This document shows, one piece after another, positions 1 to 6,363 of a DNA stretch of 64,000 nt. The stretch lies in NCBI GenBank assembly GCA_018657525.1, contig JABHWZ010000004.1:26245-90244 (forward strand), given 5' to 3'. The position numbers and the translations under genes are program-made. Position 1 is the first letter of the stretch. Every line of letters begins with the position of its first letter. The notes beneath the pieces are model-generated. The model worked only from the letters and a program-made list of their open reading frames with translations. It did not search any database and was not told the origin of the DNA. The stretch is from an archaeon (GTDB taxonomy: Archaea > Nanobdellota > Nanobdellia > Pacearchaeales > GW2011-AR1).

Positions 1-11
1 AAAATAAAAAA

Positions 12-458
12 TTAATTTCGTCGCTTCTTAACTTTTTTCCAAGCAACAAAACCTATGGCTATCATGTAGAGTATTGAACCCACTTTTGGAATAATCAATG
101 ATAAACTAAACCATCCCGGATAATTTCTCTTTTCAAAAATTCTCCATGTAGCGATTACAAATAATACTAGCAATGGAATTGTTCCGAGTAATGGAATCAG
201 GAATAAAAATACCCAAGCCCAATGAAAGCCTCCCAACTGAAGCATCATAGCAACATTAGCAAAAGGAATCCAAGCAAGCCACGGCCGTTTGTATTTTAGT
301 TTTATTGCAATACTCCTCCATGCTAAAGCAACATAAACATATGTCGTAATTAAAACAACAGATATTACTGCAATCAAAGCAGCACCAACTAAACCTCCAA
401 AGATCCCGCTAGCAAAAATTTCTTCTCCTGTCATATTTGTAAATAAATCATAATTCAT
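12..458 (-). CDS. Integral membrane protein (DUF5684-like, WLAWIP motif)
   Basis: 148-aa ORF with about 4 hydrophobic segments and repeated W-x-x-x-IP motifs; SD-like AGGAGG upstream. Confidence 0.6.
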   Translation of the reverse strand: MNYDLFTNMTGEEIFASGIFGGLVGAALIAVISVVLITTYVYVALAWRSIAIKLKYKRPWLAWIPFANVAMMLQLGGFHWAWVFLFLIPLLGTIPLLVLFVIATWRIFEKRNYPGWFSLSLIIPKVGSILYMIAIGFVAWKKVKKRRN

Positions 459-577
459 ATTTTTTACCTCCTTATGATAAATACATGAAATTAAGTTTTA
501 TAAAATTATTGAAAATTATATTTGACCTTTTTTTAACTACAATTATTATCTCTTCTAATTTTGCTTCTCTTATAAGT

Positions 578-1285
578 TTAAGGAGAATCTATCATAATAT
601 CTTGGACTAAGCCTTGAAAACAATCCTTAAAATGAGCATCAATTCCCAGGTTTCCTTTTTGAAATGGAGCACTATGACCACAATATCTTTTAATATCCAT
701 TACCATTGTATCATATAGTTGAGATGGGAAACCAGAAGGATAACCATTTAACGGAAGCACTTTCTCATTAAGAAACTCTTCTATCAAAGAATATTGTTCT
801 TGAGTAGCATACGGAAACCTTAACTTAACTTCAGATTCTCCCATTTGAGCTTCTATAAAATTTAATAGTATTTCTGTTTTTTCTTCATTTGTAGTAGGAA
901 CTTCCCCCGAGGTTAAAGCAATTCCATTCTCTGGAGTAGGATAAACATATTCTAAAATTGTAAATGGATACATACTCAAATGAATTATACGAGATTCTTT
1001 TTTCCGATTCAATTCTTCTTTTTCAGCTTTCTCTGTTTCTTGTCCTAATCTTCTTCTCTCAGGTTCCCTTTTCTGGTTTAATCTTTTTTTATCTTCTCCT
1101 TTTGCTTTTTCCTTCCGAATAGCATAATTAAATCCTTTTAATGTTACTTCAAATTCACCCCTAGATCCTCTGTGAGTTTGCAACCACATCTCTGGAAACT
1201 CCCGCGAAAAATTGCCTTCCTCGTCCAAAGTTAGAGTTCCTATATCTAATGGTTTATGCTGAGTAGTATAAATTAAGTCTGCCAT
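578..1285 (-). CDS. Hypothetical protein
   Basis: Long ORF; ATG at 1285 (MADLIY) with TATA-like TTTATAA about 25 nt upstream is preferred over the TTG start at 1330. Confidence 0.6.
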   Translation of the reverse strand: MADLIYTTQHKPLDIGTLTLDEEGNFSREFPEMWLQTHRGSRGEFEVTLKGFNYAIRKEKAKGEDKKRLNQKREPERRRLGQETEKAEKEELNRKKESRIIHLSMYPFTILEYVYPTPENGIALTSGEVPTTNEEKTEILLNFIEAQMGESEVKLRFPYATQEQYSLIEEFLNEKVLPLNGYPSGFPSQLYDTMVMDIKRYCGHSAPFQKGNLGIDAHFKDCFQGLVQDIMIDSP

Positions 1286-1414
1286 AAATCTTGTTCGATT
1301 TTGTAACTTATAAAGATAGTTGTATAACAAAATAATCTTCGAAGGAGGGATATTAAATAGGTTTAAGATTTTAGTAAGTTTGGAAAAATGATAATATAAA
1401 ATTTTGTTAAAGTT

Positions 1415-3115
1415 TTATTCTGCTAATTGATACAAACGAACTTTATTTTGTTCAGTGTCAGTATAAGCTAATGTTCCATTGCCAATAGCCATAGACCTCA
1501 TTGCAGCCCATCCACCAGGATGATTTTGCGGATAAAAATGTGTCATTACTTCTCCAGTATTTGCTCCTTTCTTGTAAGCTTTTACACTAGCTACAACTTC
1601 TTCTGGATCTTGAGTTACTGCCCACAATAATCCCTTTCTATCCACGCAATGATTTGAAGGAACACACCCACTATCTAATTGTTCTCCGTTAATCATCTTA
1701 AATGATTTTTCATAAGCTTCTGTTGTTAAACTTTTATCTATTGCTACAATATCATGATTGGATTTTAAGTAAACATGATTTCCATTGATAACAATTCTTG
1801 CAGTATCATCAAAGCTAGTATTGCTATAACCTCCTGAAGGACTAAATCCTAATGGCACTCCAATTAATTTTTTCCCATCAGTTGCAACTAAAGCATTATC
1901 ATAACATTTTGGAAAATCATTTGGTCTAGTTACAAAATAATGAACCCCCTCATCTTCTTCAACTTGCCATATTCCTACGGAAGCCCAACGACCTCTTCTT
2001 GAAAATTCACTTATTCCTTTATCTGCCAATAAATTTAATGCATCTTGAAAGCCACCTTCATTTTCAGTGATTTCTTCTAAATTTCCATTAAATCTTTTTA
2101 ATTGATTATTCCCTCCAGCATAAATTATTCCATTTGAACCAACAGAAATATTTCCTTGAAAACTAGTTGACATCCCAGCAAAACCATCAAAAGCAGCCAT
2201 AATTCCTGTATCTGCAGAAGCAACTTTTCTCCCTGTTTTAATATCATAAGCATTTAATGTTAAATTCCTATCGGCCTCACTCTCACTTTGATATCTTTGA
2301 CCTAAAACGACAAGTTTATTATCTCTATCAAAGGCTATCGCACAAGGAGTAATATCTAAAGATAATGTTCTATCTTTCAATAATGTTGGTTGAGCTATTT
2401 TGTGTTGTGTTTTCAATTCCTCATCAAATTTTGTATGTTGTTCTAAATTAAATTTTCCTTCATTTTGTTTTCTATTAAAAGAATTCCAAACTTCTCTAAC
2501 TCCTTTTTCTTCATCAAAAGGATCTGTTACCTGATATTCAAATCCTTTTTGAGTAATATTTTCAAAATATCCCAATCCCATATTAGTTTCCCTAACCATT
2601 TCTACTAATCTTTCTTTTCCTAATATAATTCCATGTGATTTTTCCAAAACTCCAATTAATAATGTTGCATCAAATCCATTCCCCTCATAGTGTCTTTTAA
2701 AAAAATCTTCTTCTAATTTAATACCTCTTTCTTCAGCTATTCTTTTATAGTCTTCTTGAGATAACATAAACATCTGTTTTGCACCAGCTTCTAATTCTTG
2801 TGCGTCCATTTGTTGAATTGGCCTTCCTAAAACTTTTTCAATTCTTCCAATAGCTTTTTCCTCTCTTTCAGCTCTTGAAACAATTATGGCCACTGGATTG
2901 TTTTCCATCATAGAATCATAAATTCCCTCGCTTTGCCCACAAAAAGAATTTTGAATCTCATCCATAGATACCTCTCGTCCTAATTGAGTTACTAAATGAG
3001 TTAATAATCCTTTGGGTGCTTGAGAAAATAAAGAAGCTTTATCTCGACCACTAGCATAATCTAAGATTCCTTTTCTAATTTGTGTTGATGTATTATCAAT
3101 AACAGTTTCTGACAT
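1415..3115 (-). CDS. Hypothetical protein, helical N-terminus plus probable C-terminal beta-propeller
   Basis: 566-aa ORF; repeated strand-rich blades (IAFDRDNKLVV, ISVGSNGIIYA, CVDRKGLLWAV, MAIGNGTLAYTD) resembling NHL/6-bladed propellers. Confidence 0.55.
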   Translation of the reverse strand: MSETVIDNTSTQIRKGILDYASGRDKASLFSQAPKGLLTHLVTQLGREVSMDEIQNSFCGQSEGIYDSMMENNPVAIIVSRAEREEKAIGRIEKVLGRPIQQMDAQELEAGAKQMFMLSQEDYKRIAEERGIKLEEDFFKRHYEGNGFDATLLIGVLEKSHGIILGKERLVEMVRETNMGLGYFENITQKGFEYQVTDPFDEEKGVREVWNSFNRKQNEGKFNLEQHTKFDEELKTQHKIAQPTLLKDRTLSLDITPCAIAFDRDNKLVVLGQRYQSESEADRNLTLNAYDIKTGRKVASADTGIMAAFDGFAGMSTSFQGNISVGSNGIIYAGGNNQLKRFNGNLEEITENEGGFQDALNLLADKGISEFSRRGRWASVGIWQVEEDEGVHYFVTRPNDFPKCYDNALVATDGKKLIGVPLGFSPSGGYSNTSFDDTARIVINGNHVYLKSNHDIVAIDKSLTTEAYEKSFKMINGEQLDSGCVPSNHCVDRKGLLWAVTQDPEEVVASVKAYKKGANTGEVMTHFYPQNHPGGWAAMRSMAIGNGTLAYTDTEQNKVRLYQLAE

Positions 3116-3212
3116 CTTAAAATATCTATATGATATCGGTTTTTAAGTATTTGTGTTCATTATTACTATAAAATTATCAACACAAAATAATAATGCTAAA
3201 ATATTTTTAAAT

Positions 3213-3223
3213 CGCCACCACCC
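3213..3223 (-). repeat. 11-bp copy of the tRNA-Ser 3' end (GGGTGGTGGCG)
   Basis: cgccaccaccc at 3213-3223 is identical to 3384-3394. Confidence 0.7.
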
Positions 3224-3383
3224 TATTCGTCACCTGACTTTGATTTTTCAATTTTACCTTCGGTTATTTCATAAAGTCAAATAACTCAATCAAACTGGGA
3301 TGAAATCAAAGATTTCAGAAACATATTTGAATTTAACCACTTCAAATCCGGGAGGATTTATCTGAATAAAATTCAGATAAAAA

Positions 3384-3465
3384 CGCCACCACCCGGAATC
3401 GAACCGGGGCACCCCGAAGGGTCCAGATTAGCAATCTGGTGCAATAACCGCTATGCGATGGTGGC
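3384..3465 (-). tRNA. tRNA-Ser(GCT)
   Basis: Cloverleaf: acceptor GCCACCA/TGGTGGC, anticodon arm CCAGA-TTGCTAA-TCTGG, long variable arm CCCTTCGGGG, T-loop TTCGATT, G discriminator, no encoded CCA. Confidence 0.95.
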
Positions 3466-3516
3466 TTCAATGTTTACCACGCATTCGACAAAGTCGAGAG
3501 GAATTTCCTATTCTGA

Positions 3517-3531
3517 CTATGCGATGGTGGC
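3517..3531 (-). repeat. 15-bp copy of the tRNA-Ser 5' end
   Basis: ctatgcgatggtggc is identical to 3451-3465. Confidence 0.85.
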
Positions 3532-3565
3532 ATAAGTTTGAGTATGATTTGGAGTTTTTAATTTT

Positions 3566-3665
3566 TCTGGTGCAATAACCGCTACCTGAATTTATTCAGG
3601 TTCTCGTGACCTTTAGGTTACCTGTCCTCAGGTCCTCGTGACCCGAAGGGTTATGCGATGGTGGC
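3566..3665 (-). pseudogene. tRNA-Ser 5' fragment (nt 1-31) interrupted by two tandem double-hairpin units
   Basis: GCCACCATCGCA + [TAACCCTTCGGGTCACGAGGACCTGAGGACAGG][TAACCTAAAGGTCACGAGAACCTGAATAAATTCAGG] + TAGCGGTTATTGCACCAGA. Confidence 0.8.
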
Positions 3666-3742
3666 TTATAAAAATATACAATATTTTGAGAATTTAAATC
3701 TTTGCGTTTTGAGGTTTTTTCTTTGGTTAAACATATTTTAAA

Positions 3743-4693
3743 TTATCTCTTCTCCACCAATTCCCTAAACCTTTTCTGTACTCTTTCTATTGGAGTTAAC
3801 CTCGGTTGTCCCTTTCTACGAAATGGAATACAAGTATGACGAAAATCATCAAACCATCCTCCTTTACCATAATCTCCCTTAGATTCAGCACCAGATGCGA
3901 GAGCTCCAACTCTTAACAGATTAAGAGTTCCATGATCAAATGGAGGTCCAGAAAAATTATCTCGAACATATTGCCCCATCATTAAATCAAGTCCATGTTC
4001 TTTTTTCCCAAATTCAAATGTTTTATCTATAATATATGTGACCACATCTTCAGGCAATGCAAACATCTCCCCAACATATTCTGGATGTTGTAATAGTGTT
4101 AAACGCAAAGGACATCTTTTAGCTTGCTCTATTGTCATATTTTCATTAAGTCCAATTAATTTCCCTTCCTTATCTTTTTCAAACCAGTCTTCTAATTGTC
4201 TGGAGTAAACTCCTTCACCACTTAAATTATCCCAAGAGATACCAGTATGAGAATAACTATTTGGAGCCCAATAATCATTTTTTAACTTAAATCCTGAACC
4301 TAAGTTTCCACGAGGATCGCTGTCTCCATCTCTTCTTCTTGCACCTGCGTCTTTGACTTTAGCAATTAAAGACAACGTGCGTTTTCCAATCTCCGGAAGC
4401 ATCCACCCATCAATTGTTCCACAACAAGGCAAGATAATTTTTAATTCTATTTCATTAGATTCTGGATTTTTTCTTGTAGCAATCATAGTTGAAACATCCC
4501 AATAACTTTCAGTCATTTCTGGCATCCCCCTATTTTGAATTGCTAAATATCTCATTCTTGCTTCAGAAGGAAATTCTCCTTCCATGTTTGAAGCATTAGA
4601 AATAAGAGAGAACATACTATCATCTCTATCAAGATTATGCACTTCAAGAGTTTCATTCCCTAACGCAATATCCCATTTTGCCTGTTCTGCCAT
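3743..4693 (-). CDS. Hypothetical protein (ORFan between two tRNAs)
   Basis: 316-aa ORF, no recognisable motif. Confidence 0.7.
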   Translation of the reverse strand: MAEQAKWDIALGNETLEVHNLDRDDSMFSLISNASNMEGEFPSEARMRYLAIQNRGMPEMTESYWDVSTMIATRKNPESNEIELKIILPCCGTIDGWMLPEIGKRTLSLIAKVKDAGARRRDGDSDPRGNLGSGFKLKNDYWAPNSYSHTGISWDNLSGEGVYSRQLEDWFEKDKEGKLIGLNENMTIEQAKRCPLRLTLLQHPEYVGEMFALPEDVVTYIIDKTFEFGKKEHGLDLMMGQYVRDNFSGPPFDHGTLNLLRVGALASGAESKGDYGKGGWFDDFRHTCIPFRRKGQPRLTPIERVQKRFRELVEKR

Positions 4694-4721
4694 ATAATTT
4701 TTTAAATAATCTACTTTATAA
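4691..4721 (-). promoter_or_regulatory. 31-bp TATA-to-ATG segment identical to 9272-9302
   Basis: Reverse complement TTATAAAGTAGATTATTTAAAAAATTATATG matches 9272-9302 exactly. Confidence 0.85.
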
Positions 4722-4776
4722 TAATTTCTGTGCTTAAAAGTTTTATAGTTTTTTCAAATTATGTTCAAAAAATAAA

Positions 4777-4852
4777 TAGCAGGGGCAGGATTTGAACCAT
4801 GCGACCTCCGGGTTATGGGCCCGACGAGCACTCCAGACTGCTCCACCCTGCT
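4777..4852 (-). tRNA. Initiator tRNA-Met(CAT)
   Basis: A1-U72 acceptor AGCAGGG/CCCTGCT, three G-C pairs at the base of the anticodon stem (GGG/CCC), loop CCCATAA, T-loop TTCAAAT. Confidence 0.93.
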
Positions 4853-4943
4853 ATATAAATTCAACTTTCTTTTTACTTATAAAATTATCTATTTTAATTC
4901 TTGACGCTTGTAGGAGGCAACGAAAAAGCGTCTATTCAGATAA

Positions 4944-5005
4944 CGCGATGCCTATGTTCAATGGCCTTCTCTTATCCGAGCTTCGCGATGCCTATGCGCA
5001 ATGGC
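4944..5005. repeat. 22-bp imperfect direct repeat with 40-bp period
   Basis: cgcgatgcctatgttcaatggc (4944-4965) vs cgcgatgcctatgcgcaatggc (4984-5005), 20/22 identical. Confidence 0.8.
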
Positions 5006-5315
5006 TTTTTAACTCTTTTTTGATCTCTTTTTTATTTTCCAAATATTTTTCATATTTTTTAAAATTTTTAAAAACTCGTAGAAAAATCAATCTATGATTT
5101 TTATCAATTGCATAAACATAATGAATCTCATCCTTCACTGCCCGAAAAATATCTGCACCATTTATATGTTCCTCAAACTTATGCAATCGACTAAAATGCT
5201 CATGATTACTATCCGTAATCAATCCAACATCAAAATCCCCCGCATCTTTCTTAAATCTTTTTGTAACAATGACCTCTGATATCTTTCCTTCAAACTTATC
5301 GAAATGATTTTCCAT
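4992..5315 (-). CDS. RelE/ParE-fold protein (orphan toxin-like)
   Basis: VIVTKRFKKD N-terminus and FRA...HYVYAID...LIFLRVF C-terminus resemble the RelE fold; no adjacent antitoxin seen. Confidence 0.5.
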   Translation of the reverse strand: MENHFDKFEGKISEVIVTKRFKKDAGDFDVGLITDSNHEHFSRLHKFEEHINGADIFRAVKDEIHYVYAIDKNHRLIFLRVFKNFKKYEKYLENKKEIKKELKSHCA

Positions 5316-5364
5316 ACTTCTTAATAATAAACAAACTTAAAAACTCTCCTAATTTTTTTACTAC

Positions 5365-6036
5365 ATGGAATTGATTTTAGGAATAGATGATGCAGGCAGA
5401 GGTCCAGTTATCGGTCCAATGGTTTTGGCAGGAGTTCTTTTAGATTCAAAAACTGAAAGTGAACTTAAAAAATTAGGCGTGAAAGATTCTAAAGATTTAA
5501 CTCCCAAACGAAGAGGAATATTAGCTGAAAAGATTAAAGAGAAAGCAGAAACATTTGAGATAGAAATAATTTCTGCTCCAGATATCGACGATAAAAACGC
5601 GCAAGGAATAAAGTTAAATGAAGTAGAAGCTTTCGCGTGTGCAAATATAATAAATAAAATAAATAAAGGATACAAAAAAATAAAAGTAATCCTTGATTGC
5701 CCGTCGGTAAGTCTAATAAAATGGGGAGATTTCTTAAAAACTAAAATTAATAATTTATCTAATTTGGAAATAAGATGTGAACACAAAGCAGACAAAAATC
5801 ATGTTGCAGTTTCAGCAGCTTCGATAATTGCAAAAGAAACTCGAGAAAGTGAAATGACAAAACTAAAAGAAAAATACGGAAATGAAATTGGGTCAGGTTA
5901 TTGTTCTGACCCTTTAACCCAAAAATTTTTAGAAAAATTTTTACATAAATATGACAATGACGGAATTTTTAGAAAAACTTGGACAACTTATAAACGGGCA
6001 AAAGAAAAACTCAAACAAAGAAAACTCAGTTTTTAA
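5365..6036 (+). CDS. rnhB: Ribonuclease HII
   Basis: GIDDAGRGPVIGPM, DSK, HKAD, VSAASIIAK, GSGY motifs. Confidence 0.95.
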   Translation: MELILGIDDAGRGPVIGPMVLAGVLLDSKTESELKKLGVKDSKDLTPKRRGILAEKIKEKAETFEIEIISAPDIDDKNAQGIKLNEVEAFACANIINKINKGYKKIKVILDCPSVSLIKWGDFLKTKINNLSNLEIRCEHKADKNHVAVSAASIIAKETRESEMTKLKEKYGNEIGSGYCSDPLTQKFLEKFLHKYDNDGIFRKTWTTYKRAKEKLKQRKLSF

Positions 6037-6281
6037 TCCTTTTCTGCTCTATCTTCACATTCTAACATTTTGTTCAAATTAGTAACCAAATCTGGACTAT
6101 TGTGCCCTGCCTTGATTTCTTCGCAAGCAACACATAAAGTGTAAGTTAAATATTTCTTCCTAATAGGATCAAATAAATAATCTTTGAACTGGCAAATAAT
6201 TGCAGGGTCTCTATAACCGGGTAATCTACTTGCTTGAACTTTCATAGCATATAGGCAACTTGGCGTTACATCATTTTCCAT
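6033..6281 (-). CDS. Small Cys-containing hypothetical protein
   Basis: 82-aa ORF with its own TATA-like element; lies between rnhB and smc. Confidence 0.5.
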   Translation of the reverse strand: MENDVTPSCLYAMKVQASRLPGYRDPAIICQFKDYLFDPIRKKYLTYTLCVACEEIKAGHNSPDLVTNLNKMLECEDRAEKD

Positions 6282-6363
6282 GAAAAAATATAGATAATTC
6301 TTTTTTTAAATATTATGCCACTCGACTAATAATCCTTAAAAACCTAAGTTCATTATCCTATGT

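Noticed and set aside
3566-3665. Split tRNA half (Nanoarchaeum-type trans-splicing)
   Set aside because: The fragment stops before the anticodon loop, no complementary leader or matching 3' half is seen, and an intact gene is adjacent.
545-3753. 12-bp repeat attatctcttct (545-556 and 3742-3753) as element boundary
   Set aside because: Short, AT-rich and 3.2 kb apart, so chance cannot be excluded.
4944-5005. CRISPR array
   Set aside because: Only two imperfect copies with an 18-bp spacer, and no cas genes; no array was seen anywhere in the window.
4792-5097. 101-aa plus-strand ORF
   Set aside because: It is antisense to tRNA-iMet and overlaps the RelE-like gene, so it is spurious.
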